Origin: Podarcis tiliguerta
Lineage: Eukaryota
Assembly (NCBI GenBank): GCA_965153285.1
Contig: OZ229113.1
Direction: 5' to 3' (one strand)
Length of the DNA stretch: 64,000 nt
Below are positions 23,401-36,356 of the stretch, one piece after another. How positions within the stretch are numbered: position 1 is the first letter of the stretch; the number at the start of each line of letters is the position of its first letter. Under the pieces are notes generated by a model that was given only the letters and a program-made list of their open reading frames with translations, made no database searches and was not told the origin of the DNA. The position numbers were made by a program, and so were the translations under genes.

Positions 23401-24726
23401 TGGTCAACACAATGCTTTCATCGTGGACACGATGGCTTGATGTATCTTTTATAATTCCTCATGGTAATCCCATCTGACCCCTACACATAATCCCTGGACG
23501 TTTAATGTCTGGGAGGAGAGCCCCCAGTCTAGTTTAAGCCTGCTAGTAAATGTTTATTTTTCCACCAATCTTTGTGGATTTTCCATCTGTTATCACCTGG
23601 CTTTGCAGAGAATTACCCTGTTTTCCAGGGACAGGGATTTACAGAAGCCATCTTGGTTTCTGATTTGATCCCGGAATGTCCCGCTTTTCCTTAGGACACC
23701 CCTATTTTCACTGGAGAAATGGTAGCCAGAGCACCTGCTCTGATTAGCTCCTCAGCAATAGAGGCTCTGCCCATCGATCTCCACAGCTGTCCAAATGCAC
23801 TTAGAGACCATGTGGGAAAAGGTTCCACTGCCCGCTTGTCACACACAAATTTCGGTTCCACATTCAGCCAGGGGAAGTTCAGGTTCTCCCCTCACCAGGC
23901 TCGCTGTGAGCCTTCTCTGTGTGCACACCTGTGTGAATATGGTCAGTGCAACCTAGAAAAGGAAGAGATGCAATTGTAAACTAATTCCTGTTCTGGTCAG
24001 TGTTGTGCATTCCAATTATAGATGGGGGAAGAAGCACTAAATGAGCTTGCCCAGCATACATCTAAGACACATTTAAAGCACACAAACACAAATCCTGGGA
24101 ACTGTAGATTGTTAAAGGTACCAGGAATGGCAGCAGTGGGCAGGGTAAACTACAGTTCCCAGATTCTCTGTGGGGATGTTTTAAATGTGTGGTATGTGTG
24201 CATAGCCTTATGTCTTTTATGTCTGAGAACACGCTAGCTCAGGAAGGGGGCTGTCAAAGGTAGACTGGGACCTACTGGTCGATCACTAGGTGATTTGCAG
24301 TTGGTGTGACCCACAATTGTTCAAGACTAGTAAGAATAAACATGTCCCAAACGAAAACTAGGCTGTTGAAACAATGGATGCTTCGGGGAAAGTGGGAGTG
24401 GAATTTTGTATGAAAGGGTTTAATAATAAACTCAGTGGTGGCTTTGAAATCAATTCTTGGACACAGCTCGCTCTCATAGGTAGACACTTTCCCTTACTTC
24501 TGTGAGTGTGCCTGCCAATCTGAGCTGCTATTTCCCACCTAGCTCTTGTTGGTGGAGCCAGGCATTCTTGAAATAAGCAATATAGGTACCACAAACTGAA
24601 GTCTGCCTGGCCTTGCCAGAAGCCTGGGACATTTTCACACCCCGGAGGCTATTTTTGCAAAGTTCTCTTTTACTCTGCTAGTGGCTGTTGCTTTTCATGT
24701 GGAAAGGCATAAGGATTTGGTCTCTC

Positions 24727-25110
24727 AAATAATTAACATTTCTGTGTTCTCTAGCAACAGCTGAGTGTGCCTGGAATTGCTTGTCTTTGTTTTTTTCTTT
24801 TTCCTTGAGTACAAAGAGAGAGCATTTGCAGACAGTTCCTAACTTGGCTTTTGCTGACGATCAGACTGCGGTGGCCGTCCTGCCTGCTACCTGGAGGGAG
24901 AGAAAGAAAGAAAGAGAAATCTACTGCTTCGATTCCCTTTACTGCACAAATGCTGTGTTTGCCCCTCCCAGTCCAGTAAACACATGGAGATTGTCATTGA
25001 TCAACTGGAAGGGGAAGGAGACACAAACCGTTTCCTGGGAAGATCTAACAAGTCACTGGAGCTTTCAGGCAACATGGCTAGAGAAACGGAGAGATGTATT
25101 GCATAAGGAG
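24727..25110 (+). promoter_or_regulatory. B3GALT5: Candidate B3GALT5 native promoter and first non-coding exon
   Basis: HNF1-like site (caaataattaac, about 24727-24738), then non-repetitive sequence ending in a strong donor GAG|gtaagg at 25110/25111. Confidence 0.35.
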
Positions 25111-26610
25111 GTAAGGAAAATAAAAAAAACCCTTGTCTTTCTTTCTTTTTGGTGCATGGTTTTCAGCTAAATCGTTTCACTCCTGAGAGCTCTCCAAACA
25201 GATTTCCATAATCAGGAAAGCAGAATCAGACTACCATGCAGACTTCTTTCTGCCGGCTAGAGAAGATGAATGGCATAATTTGGCTCTTTCAAATGAAATA
25301 TTCCATATTGTCTGAGACTAGGGTTCAGCTCCGTGCCTTGGAGGACAGAGCACCTGTGCCTTGAGCAGTGGTGTGGAAGAGAGAATTTGGGCCAGTGGTG
25401 CAGTTTGTTGAACAGTATTGTAGAGAGAAGAAAAGGGGCACCTGCAGGCAATTCTGTTTTCCTATACAAAGCACAAGAGTCTTGCCTTCCCATCAGGATC
25501 TAAATCTGCAGACCTCTTAAACAACCCTTTTCATACACAACTACATTCACCCTGATCCAAGTGAGCCCCAATTTGAAAATGTGTTTATTTTCCTTAATAA
25601 TATCTATAACGTACATCTTCGACATGTGCTCACATACATGCCAAGTAGCAAATCTAATCATGAGTGAAACATGCTGTTTAGTGTGCCAGAATTCCTTTGT
25701 ATGACCAATCTAGGGGAGTGCTTGGCATGGTTAAAAAAAAAGGGCTCTCCATAGCAAAGCAGACTTTGTCCACGTGTGGACGCTTCCAATTTATTTCCAG
25801 ATATGTAGAGATTAGTTCCACAGGGATGTACAAAGTGGCTTGATTATGCTGAAATCAAACATCTCTTCCAAGTTCTTATAGACAGAGGGAAGAACCTTAT
25901 GGAAAATCCCTGCAGTTTTATGTTCTAAAAGATTGTCAGGAAAGGCAATGCAAGTTCTCTCTCTCCAGACCAAACCAGACAATACGAGATTCTATGAATT
26001 ACTATAATTTAAACAGTTATACAAGACATTTCACCATAGCAGGGAAGACGGTGCCCAGGTGACCCGTGAACCTGTTCAGTCTTCCTATGAAACAACATGT
26101 TAGCTCCATATCTGTGCCCTTAAGTACAGGGTTGGGGTTTTATTGCACAAATTGCCAGCATGGAGCTCCTGATCGGAATTGGGACCCTGGCATTTGAGGT
26201 AGGGGTCTTTAACTCATTGCATCTGGCTATGGTTAAGACTCAGAATGGGCTTCTCATCATGTCAGCAATTTGAATAAGAATAAAAGTTCCAATTGAAGCA
26301 CATAGGATATTTTTTCTTATATAAATAGCTGGTGCAGCCCCCACCCCTATCTGAACTGGGACCACAGGAAAGGCAAAGTTTAAAGCTGTCTATCCTCCAT
26401 GTTAGGTCCCAGTCTGGACCACCTCTCCCCCACTACACTGTCCATTTGTGTAAAAATGAAACCTGCACTTCAGAGTTCTGATATGGAGCTAACTTATTGT
26501 CTAACATATAGTTAAGTATCATAAGGAAACCAGAAGAGCTGGCTGGATCAGGCCAGTGGACCATCAAGTCCAGCATCCTGCTTTTATAGTGCCTGTGAAC
26601 CAGATGTATC

Positions 26611-27240
26611 TGTCAGGAGTTCAGCCTACACTTGAGTAGGACCCTGGTAGAGACACATGCCCGACTGGCATGTTCTCTTCCTCCTGGTCAGTCGTTCAGG
26701 AGCTTCAAAAGCTTTCTTCAGCCCGAACATCACAGCAACCGATGCCAACCGACACCGGCACACTTAGGGATCTGCAGAGTAGGTGTAGTTGTGTAACAGA
26801 CCTCAGCAACTCAGCATTTTGGCTAATCTACTTTATTGACATATAAACACACATGGAGCACTGCAACATGGCTCCCTCTCTCTCTAGCATCAGACAGCAA
26901 AGAGAAAAAGAACAAAGGACAACAGTCCCACTTCATGGAGCACAGTAACACAAACATCCTGTCTTCGTCACTTCCCACTCTGTGGAGTCAAAACATATAC
27001 TGTCATGTGAAAGACAAAAATCCCATGACTGCAATCATGAAGCAGGAATTCCAACAGTATCCACCATCGTGGTTCTCTCACACGCAAGGTCACAAGTGCT
27101 AAACAGGAAGAGGGAAGTTTCTCAAAGTAGCAAATACGCCCTTGCTTCCTTCCAGGTTACCAGAATATGCTACAAGCTGTGAAGTGTGGACTTCAAGGAA
27201 ACAGTTCTGAGTATGCTCAGAGCACATATATGATTCAGAT
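26611..27240 (-). mobile_element. Probable solo LTR (right boundary approximate)
   Basis: Begins tgtcagg (CCTGACA end on the minus strand); minus-strand AATAAA at about 26832; interrupts a common repeat at 26520-26606. Confidence 0.45.
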
Positions 27241-28067
27241 AAGTCTACCAGGCCAGGAGGTCTACCCTGAGGCATAGCTACTAATGTTGTACTATGGCTA
27301 TATGCTAGCTACTGTATCATGGCTATCTTCATGATAACAGGAGGGAGTAGGGATCCTGTGAAACTGTCGAGCTATCACTTGTAAAATGCTAATTTTTTAC
27401 TTGAGTCCTCTGCCTAGAGATGGATGAGAGGGATATCCATAGCATAGGATTTGGATTGTCTAACAGTACAGAGAGCTTATCAGCCAGGGAATGAAAGATT
27501 GACAGAAATGTCTCCAGGGGTCTTTCTAAAATGAAATAAGTTACAATTGTGTAGACGACAGAAAAACTGTGGTTTTGAGATTGGGGGTGGGGGAATTAAA
27601 TTTTTACTAGGGCTTTGCAGAAACCTGTATTGCCATAGACCAAACTGCTGGTAAACTTGGTAAAAGAAGCCAGTCTTTTACAGTAGTTGCAGCTGTGAAA
27701 GGAAGAGTGCCAAGTCAGGGTCTGAACTAAATTTGTGGCTGGTGCACATTTGTACTGGATACGGGTTAAGAAGGATGAAGGTAAAGAATTTTTGTTTGTT
27801 TGTTTGTTTACTGACCGCTGCCAAGTCCTAGAAGCAGATATTCTGCCTGTTTATGTCTGGTTGGTAAAGATTTGGGATATAGCTAACAATGAAATTATCT
27901 GATATTATCAAATTTAGAGATTGTTCAGTTAGTTGTTTTAACTGAACAGAATAAGTACCGGTAGATGCTTCGTATAACTACTATTCTGCATTGGCTCTTA
28001 AAAATGGCTCTCCAGAAAATTCAGTTGCTAAGGTTATAAAAGTAATTTTGCTTTGTTGTATTTCTAG

Positions 28068-28186
28068 ATTTCTCCTCCCCCTTTGAAAACCACTAGGACA
28101 ACCCTGCCATCAAGTCTCTCATTTCAGACCCAGAACCTGCAAGACTCCTGCCGGCTTAGTGGTAGCTTTTCTACATGATCCCCCGG
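28068..28186 (+). other. B3GALT5: Candidate B3GALT5 5' UTR exon
   Basis: ctttgttgtatttctag acceptor and CGG|gtaagt consensus donor. Confidence 0.4.
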
Positions 28187-28416
28187 GTAAGTCAGTCAGT
28201 TACATTTACCCCTCCTCTCCCTCTCTGCCATGTGGAGGGTTTCTTATGTTTATAGGGAATCCTGTCTTCTTTCTGCATGCTACCAGTGAGAGCAAGAAAA
28301 GTAAAGTTTATATTTGCATACACTCTAATTGTTCCTCTTTGCCAGGCAAGGTATCTTAGTGTTTTCTGTGCCATGGATCTAATAAAAGAGTTATAATTTT
28401 GATCCTCTGTGCATCT

Positions 28417-28570
28417 TAGAATCATAGAATTGCAGAGATGGAAGGGGTCCCAAGGGTCATCTAGTCCAACACCCTGCAATGCAGGAATCCTTCCCACAGC
28501 CATCCCTGGGTGGGCTCAAACCACCAATCTTCTGGTTAACTCCTAGACACACTGAACCATTGCGCCACAT
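28417..28570 (-). mobile_element. SINE with tRNA-Asn-like head and CR1 tail
   Basis: Minus strand gtggcgcaatggttcag...gttaacc...ggtggtttgagcccacccaggga (tRNA-Asn-like), then attcctgcattgcaggg...ggactagatgaccc...attctatgattct. Confidence 0.75.
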
Positions 28571-29100
28571 GAGCATCCAAGTGCACCAGCTTTCCTCCTA
28601 TTTTAAACTGACCCTCAATTTTCTTAGGATGTCAGAAATACACAATGTACAATCCTTGTGTAAAAATGAATGGTGTTCAGTGTAGTCTAAAGATCTATGC
28701 TGATTGTTTCCTTCCTTCCCTTAATTGCTTATATCTCATCATTTTGTTCACTAATATTATATCCATTATTTTATTTTTCCACATCTTCCCTTATCAATAC
28801 CTCTGCTGTTAGCAGCATGTGAGAGACCACACAAGACAGCCCTTCCTAACTACGCAGTTTGCATAGCCCCAAACCATTGTTACTAGATTTAAATGTAACT
28901 CAGAACTCCTAATCTCCTTAATACCCTGCTAAATCCCCAGAAATGCCTAACCAGACAACAATCCCTCCGTATATGTGCCTGTAAGCATAGGAAACATTCC
29001 ACAGGGCTTGAAACACATGCACACCTCATGCACAAACACGGCCCATTGCAAACATTAAACTTAAGAAGCTGCGCAATTTTTCCCGCATGAAAGGAAGCCA

Positions 29101-29269
29101 CAGTGGCGTAGCGTGGGGGGTGCAGGGGGGGCCGGCCGCACCGGGCGCAACATCTGGGGGTTAGGGTTAGGGGGCGCAAATCTACGGGTTAGGGGGCGCA
29201 AATCCACGGGTTAGGGGGCGCAAATTACTTGCCTTGCCCCGGGTGCGGACAACCCACGCTTCGCCACTG
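29101..29269. mobile_element. Young hAT-type MITE with internal TTAGGG-containing tandem repeats
   Basis: CAGTGGCG...CGCCACTG TIRs, perfect 8-bp TSD ggaagcca (29093-29100, 29270-29277), three gggttagggggcgcaaat units. Confidence 0.88.
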
Positions 29270-30626
29270 GGAAGCCATATTACAAACACATCTACAAAGG
29301 CAAAAGGTAGGTTGTGAAAGAACTAAGCAACTGCTTCCTGCTGACTTCTCACTCCAAGCCCAGCTCGTCAGAGTGGCTTTTGGGTACTTTACACGTAACA
29401 TATAGTTGGACTCTCAAAAGGCTAATTAAAAATTCAAGGCAATTTTATATATTGTAAGAAGTTTATGGCTGCATTTCTTTCCTGAGAGTAAGCCCACAGA
29501 ACACAATGGACCTTGCTTCTGAGAAAACATGTATAGGACTGCACTGTGAAGTACTGTCGCTTTCCACTCAGTTGCAAAGGCTGTGGTTTCCTCTAAAGTA
29601 TTTCCTGTCTTTCCTAAGGCAAGCAGGTTGGGGGTAGTACGGGCAAAGACTTCAGGTCATATTCTGCCATTAAGCCTGTTGCTGTGAGAGAAATAAAGCT
29701 GATTCTCACCCTAGAGACAGGAAATGGCGGAGATGACGGGAAAGGGTAGAGGTGAGACCTTGCTCAGTTTCAGGGTGGGCTTAGTACGGTTGTGCCAGGG
29801 GTGCTGTGGTGGAGCAAAAGCACATTACGTCTGGGGTTGCACACAGCTCTGCGGAGCAGGAGGCTGCATCGGGCTCCTTTGAGAGGAAGAGCTGGATAGA
29901 AATTTAATTAATAAATAAAGAAGCTTTATTTAGGCCATGTGGGCTATTTTTTTTTAACTGGAAGGCAAACCAGCCATTGGCAAAACATGACAAAATGGAG
30001 TGTGGTAGTTTTAATAACAACCACTATCGCAGCATCGAGAGCTCCTTAACAATCCTGAGTCTTTAAGTACATATGCTTGCTAACGTTTTTTTGAAAAAAA
30101 GGGAAATGCAGAAAGTGGTGGTGGTGAGGCCTGTATAGTTGATTGCAAAAGCAGGCCTGGGCAGGGGGCAGCTGGGTACATTTGCCCTGGGCCTCGGGCA
30201 ACAAATATATGAAAATAATAAGACCAATATTCTTTGCATGAAAAATAAGACCTGGGGGAGGGAAAGCACAAACTTCCTTACTGTTTCCCTTACTGTTATC
30301 GGGGGGGGGGGGGGCAATTCTACTGCCCAATTGCAGCTATGCTAAAAATTATGCATTTCTATGTTGTTTCCTATGGGTAGCAATCTTTCTCTCACAAGGG
30401 AAGTCCCAAAAAATAAATAAAAATAAAATAGAAATGAACCAGCAAGCCTCTTCTGGAGACAACAAATGCATCACTTTTATTATTTGTAATCTCTATGACT
30501 TGTACACTTCCCCTCTCCCAATGCCAAACACAGCTGTGGCAAAGCCTTGAAAAGTGCTACCAGGAGTTTCTCACAGAAGGACCAGGCACTTATATCTCAC
30601 AGATCAGCTTCTGATATTTTTTAAAA

Positions 30627-30677
30627 AATACATACATACATACATGCATGCATGCATACATACATACATACATACAT
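30627..30677. repeat. (ATAC)n/(ATGC)n microsatellite
   Basis: Direct inspection. Confidence 0.9.
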
Positions 30678-31482
30678 AAATACACACACCACCCCAGGTG
30701 GGCATTTGATCTTGCTCATGGTAGAAATGGGCCCTGGTTGGGTGGGGAGGACTGAATCCAGGGAAGCCCAGCCTGCTTGGCAATATGGCCGCCCTGCTGA
30801 TGGGACATGTAAGGAGTATTTTCCAGTTGGGAAGGGGAGATGTTCAGCCCCTGCCAAAATGAGTTTTGCCTTAAGAAGATTGTGACAGGCCCCGGACTTT
30901 TCTCAAAAACAGGTTTATTTTACAATTTAGAGGAACAGGATAAATGTGGAAATATTTAGTGCTGTCAATCACTTCATCCCGCATAACTGACTTTCTGAGG
31001 GAATTTGGAAACATTTCTGTTTGCCCAGGCATAGGAATGTTGAGCAGTCCTGATCCTGGAAACCCTGAAATTATCGGCTGGTAGAATGTTTTCTTTTAAA
31101 CTGTTGTTAGACGTGTTTTTTTAAATGCTTTTAGAATATAATTAGTGATATTATTGTTAATGTGTTTGCCACCCTGGAAATAATAATAGTAGTAATAGTA
31201 ATTATTATTAACGATAATAATAGTGATAATGAAGGAAGCTAATGTTAGAAACTATAATTATTATTAGAAGAAATAAATGACAAATAAAAAAATAAAAATA
31301 AAGTAGCCTTGCCTTTGGGGGGCAGGGAATGTTAAGACCAAGAAGAATGTAAAGGGAATGTGTGCCCATTTTCAAGTTTGCTTGTTGGAAATGTTTATCA
31401 ACACATTTAAGGAGATACATGTTCATTTTGCTTATGGGAATAGAATTGCATTTGGAGTTCACCAACACTTTTCTTGTTCTAG

Positions 31483-31550
31483 ATTTTATCAGTTGCTGTC
31501 TTGGAGCCAAAACTTTCTTTCTCCTCAGGAAATTCAAGCATCCATTAAAG
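31483..31550 (+). other. B3GALT5: Candidate B3GALT5 5' UTR exon
   Basis: cttttcttgttctag acceptor, AAG|gtaagg donor, no ATG inside. Confidence 0.45.
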
Positions 31551-33219
31551 GTAAGGTAAATCTGCAAACACACGCAGGGGAGGATTATCTGGACTCCAGT
31601 TTTTAGTTTTTGTGAATTGCTTAGAGGCTCTGTTTACAACCAGGCAGTATATGAATAAAATAAACTAGTACTTTGTTCAGTAGATGACTAAGGGAATATT
31701 TAGAACCAGATAGTGACAGCTGTGTTTAAAGAAAAAAGAAAAAAACAGTGCCATCAATATAAAAACATAAGAAGAGCTTGCTGGATCAACTAATTTCACT
31801 CTCCCCATAGCATTCAGAAACATTGCTGGGTTTTATTGCCTCCAACTGTTTGAGGCAATAAAGCCACGAGTTGCTTATTTTCAGGTGAGAAGCTATTTGC
31901 ATGGAATATTCCCTATGTAAATTTATCATATGAAACAGGAAGCAGTAGCTTTTCATCTGCCCCCTCCCCCCAAGTGGGGCTTCTCTGACATTTTCAACTT
32001 CCTATGCAAAAATAAGGGAAAATTGCATTGGGATTCAAAGAGCCTTTAACACCAGGAGAACAGGGAGGCAGATTTCCTTTTTCCTGAAGTGGAGGAGGAG
32101 ATCCATGGATCTTCTGCTCGCTCCACTAGATTTGACCAGTCAGATTTGAACAAGTGTTCACGAGACTAAGATAACAGTCCTTCCCTTTCTGTTCCTTCCT
32201 ACCTAGCTCTGACAGGGGGCACTTCAAAGGAGCTGTCATATTTTATATTAGCAGCTGGGCGAGGGGATTGCACCCACCAGACTATTCAGTTTTCCTATTT
32301 CTATCCCTCTTCAGGGGGACGTAGGGTGGAAAGAGAAATGATTTTAAAAGAGAGAACAGTTTTTGAGAAAGTTTAAAATAGACTGTGGACACCGTGGCTA
32401 CAATTTTCTTGTCCAAGCAGGAGAAGACATCCCTGCATTATCAATGGCTCTGAAAGGCGCTTGAGCCGACACAGGCAGGGGATGTGCGTGGAATTCAGAG
32501 CCCAGAGAGAAAAGAGCACCCATGGATAGTGTGATTCTCTCCTCAGAGCTCAGGAAGCAAGGTGCACCTGTGGTGGTGTAAGCCCAGGGAGTTAGCTGAG
32601 CCCAACATGATAGGTTTTAAAAAACAAAATTGGTTGGGATATCAGTTTATAAAGCTTGGAAGCTGGAGCTGCCTGGAGTTCCTCAGCTTCACTACCCATT
32701 CTGTCTTATTTATACACCACTAGCATTGCTTTAAGGGGAAAAAAAATAAAACACAGAAATAAAGCAAAGCAGGCTGTTTGCTTACAGCTTCTACATATTC
32801 ACAAGGATGAGTACAAATTGTACACTATATGATTGGAGCTACCTTTGTGGTATCCTTGTGCAAGAAAGAGGGAGAAGAGAGTGAATGTGCAGGAGGAAGG
32901 GGCACAGCTTAGGTGGGAAACCACAAAGTATATTTTATCCTGTAATCTGTTACTCTCAACCCTGCCATCTACTGACTGGAAACATGCAAGTCTGCATATA
33001 GACAGCACAATGTTCTGTCTTCAAGACTATTCCCAAAGAAAAACCTCAAGTTCAGGTTTTTACTAAAATTCTTACAGGTTGGTTCCAGCTGCTAGTCACA
33101 TTTAAGGCCAGCTCTTTGACATACACAATGCCTATTTACCGTGCCTGTAGGAATGTAATCTCCCCACTACACTGATTTGCTAGAAATATCCACATAGCAT
33201 TTCCTTTTCTTTCTTTCAG

Positions 33220-34185
33220 ATGGCTTCCAAGAGACTTGCAAGGATGCTTGTTTTCACTATGGCTTTGGTTTGTTTTCTCTGTTTATATGCCAAACTGGGC
33301 ACTTTTGAAATCTGCATATTCTGTGAGACGAAGCATGAGTTCTTTCCCTTTAAGAGAGATGGACGTTTTTTAAGGAGGCCTCATATGAATTGCAGATGGA
33401 ATCCACCATTCCTGGTCATTCTTGTGACATCATCTCACAAACAATCCAAAGCCCGGATGGCTATCCGTGAGACATGGGGCAGAGAAAGAAAAATAGGCAA
33501 CAAACGTATTGTGACCTATTTTCTCCTGGGAAGTACTCTCACTGATGTTGACCAGCGTGCTATTGATGATGAGAACAAAAAACACAGAGACATTATCCAG
33601 AAGGATTTTCTAGATTCCTACTACAATTTAACATTAAAGACTATTATGGGCCTTGAATGGATTCACAAATTCTGTCCACAAACCAGCTTTGTGATGAAAA
33701 CAGACTCAGATATGTTTGTGAATACCTACTATCTCACTGAACTTCTTCTAAAGAAAAATAAGAAGGTTAGCTTCTTCACTGGCTTTTTAAAAGAGAATGA
33801 GCATCCAATACGAAAACTGATAAGTAAGTGGTATGTGAGTAAAGAAGAATATTCAGGAAACTTGTACCCTCCATTTTGTTCAGGGACTGGTTATGTTTTG
33901 TCTGCAGATGTTGCTAGTAGAGTGTATAAAATTGCCAAAGAAGTTCCTTATTTTAAACTAGAGGATGTTTTTGTAGGCATGTGCCTCGCTAAACTCGACA
34001 TCAAACTGGAAGAACTTCATTCAGAACAAACATTCTTCCCAGAGGGGCTTGTATTTTCTGCTTGTCGTTTTAGGAAAATTGTGACAAGCCACTTTGTCAG
34101 ACCTCATGAGAATCTTATCTACTGGGATGCACTGGAGAGGTCCTTGGATGAAAATTGTCATCCAGGGACCTATCCAGGTGGCTGA
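33220..34185 (+). CDS. B3GALT5: Beta-1,3-galactosyltransferase 5 (GT31), 321 aa, single coding exon
   Basis: N-terminal signal anchor; PPFLVILVTS, RMAIRETWG, DIIQKDFLDSYYNLTLKT, KTDSD (DxD), YPPFCSGTGYV and EDVFVG motifs; ATG immediately after the ttttctttctttcag acceptor; synteny between SH3BGR and IGSF5. Confidence 0.96.
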   Translation: MASKRLARMLVFTMALVCFLCLYAKLGTFEICIFCETKHEFFPFKRDGRFLRRPHMNCRWNPPFLVILVTSSHKQSKARMAIRETWGRERKIGNKRIVTYFLLGSTLTDVDQRAIDDENKKHRDIIQKDFLDSYYNLTLKTIMGLEWIHKFCPQTSFVMKTDSDMFVNTYYLTELLLKKNKKVSFFTGFLKENEHPIRKLISKWYVSKEEYSGNLYPPFCSGTGYVLSADVASRVYKIAKEVPYFKLEDVFVGMCLAKLDIKLEELHSEQTFFPEGLVFSACRFRKIVTSHFVRPHENLIYWDALERSLDENCHPGTYPGG

Positions 34186-34698
34186 TAGGTTTCAACAGAG
34201 GCACAAAACTGCATAGAACATTAATCCTGAAATTTTTGCTTAGATACTGACATCAAACCTATTTTAGATAAGAAGATGCTGACATTGCTTTTTAAAACCC
34301 AAGCCTATGCTTGTTTGCTTACGAGTAAGTGTCATTGTGTTCCATAATGCTTACTCCCAGGTAAACAGCTTGAAAAACCCACTGCAGTAGTGTGCCAAAG
34401 AGGATAGGACTCCTGAACTGATGGATAGTTTTGAAGAACAAGGAATTTCAGCAGGTGTACCTTTCTGAAGAAGCTTCATGAGCCTTACGTGCTGAAGTTC
34501 CATCTTCTCCACAATTATTAATGGTGCAGGAGCCCTGCCCTCCTTTGTATCTGGCCACTCTAGTTCCATAGTAGGCCGTGCAGCAGAAGAGTTGCTCTGG
34601 TAGTGGGCACACTTCATAGCAATATAATGAGTCACCATACTCATCTTCAAGGTTGTTGACTAGCTCTTTAAACAGGCACTGTTCAGCCCCTGAGTTTT

Positions 34699-34704
34699 AA
34701 TAAA
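34699..34704 (+). terminator. Candidate B3GALT5 polyadenylation signal
   Basis: First AATAAA seen after the stop codon; another at about 35711. Confidence 0.35.
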
Positions 34705-35099
34705 GTTAATGAGTGAAACAACTTTGTTTCACAAGGTTTGTGCACACATTCTCCTGGTGGCTCATACTGCTAATTGTGATCAATTCACTTGTGTCAGTAT
34801 TGAGACACTTCATTCCTTTCTTTCTGATCAAAGAGTAGGATCCAAAGGGGAGGGGGGTGTTGTAAGTCATGATGTCAGAGAATTTTGACGGAAGCAGAAT
34901 TTGCTGATATTTGCTTATTTGTTCCACTTCTGCAACATAAATGAATCCACAGAATATATGTAGTATTTGCTATCGTTTTCAGCCCACAAATGATACATAA
35001 TGAGTTTTCTCCCATTTGCCTTGCATTTTCTTTGTATTTCTATGGTGTGGCATAACTTCATAACACTGTAATTATGCAATTAGTTACAAAAATGTGACT

Positions 35100-35420
35100 T
35101 ATCTTATTATTATTTATTAAATTTGTATACTGCCCTTCATCTGAAGATCACAGGGTGGTTTGCAACATAAAAACACAAAATGAGAACACAAAATACATAA
35201 CAAAACAGCAATAACAAACCAATAACCCCATCTCACAGACATATTTAAAAGGTCATAGATTGTTTAAGCAGCCAAAGACCTAGTTATAGAGAAATATTTT
35301 CACCTGGCACCTAAGGATATGTAATGAAGGTGCCAGATAGGCCTCCTTGGGGAGAATATTCCACAAGTGGGGAGCCACTGCAGAAAAGACCTGTTCTTGT
35401 GTTGCCACATTCCAGACCTC
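35100..35420 (-). mobile_element. L2-type LINE 3' end fragment
   Basis: ttattattatttattaaatttgtatactgcccttcat tail and ttccacaagtggggagccactgcagaaaagacc motif typical of squamate L2 3' ends. Confidence 0.55.
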
Positions 35421-36220
35421 TTGTGTATTATTTTATGTATTATTTTATTAATTTAGATAATTAACTAATTCTGTAAATTTTGAGACAACAGACAAGAAGA
35501 CTCATAATATATTTTTGGGCAGAAGATGAACTGTAGTGAAACAAAAACAGCACTGCATGCAACCAAATCGGAGTGGAATGGAGAACGATGCCTTCTGACA
35601 TACCTAGTAAAAAAACAAAGGAGTTTCAAAGACTCCTCTCTGAAAGCAGCTCCCCCTGAGACGCTATAAGCCACTCAGGGGACTTGTGAAAGTGGCATCT
35701 GATGCAGTTCAATAAACTGCACTCTGTGTGTGTGGAATTCCAATGCAAAGCAGGTGTTGTACATAGAAAATTGCTGTTGGTAGGGAAGGTATGTTAGGTA
35801 GGCTGTCATTACGAGAGCAAAAAGAAAATAAAGGGAGGGAAAATATTGAAAAGCCCAGATTAATCTACCATGTTATACAAGCTTTCCATTTCATGTACTT
35901 ATCCAAAGGCAACTGCCTTCTGCCACTTACAGTTTATTCACTAAGTCTGAGTGCAACTCTTCTGAATTAAGCACTTTAAAGTCCCACTGATTTTAACGGG
36001 AGTGCACCTGTTGAAATCAAAGTATTGACTAATGCCTACTATTTATCACTAATATCACCTGCTACTCTCTCAACCAACAGCCATACTCTCTTTGCCTCCT
36101 CCTCCATCTATCATTCACTCCATCTCTAGAGTCCATTTTCAGTCTGTTTCTGATGGCCAATCGCCCACAAGCCTGCACACATGCATGCATGCAAAGAGCA
36201 ATCACTGTGTGCTGCTAGAA

Positions 36221-36356
36221 CAGGCATGGCCAAACTTGGCCCTCCAGCTGTTTTGGGACTACAACTCCCATCATCCCTAGCTAACAGGACCTGTGGTCAG
36301 GGATGATGGGAATCGTAGTCCCAAAACAGCTGGAGGGCCAAGTTTGGCCATGCCTA
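36221..36356. mobile_element. Palindromic hAT-type MITE
   Basis: About 55-bp arms caggcatggccaaacttggccctccagctgttttgggactac and their reverse complement; 8-bp TSD tgctagaa/tgctggaa. Confidence 0.9.
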
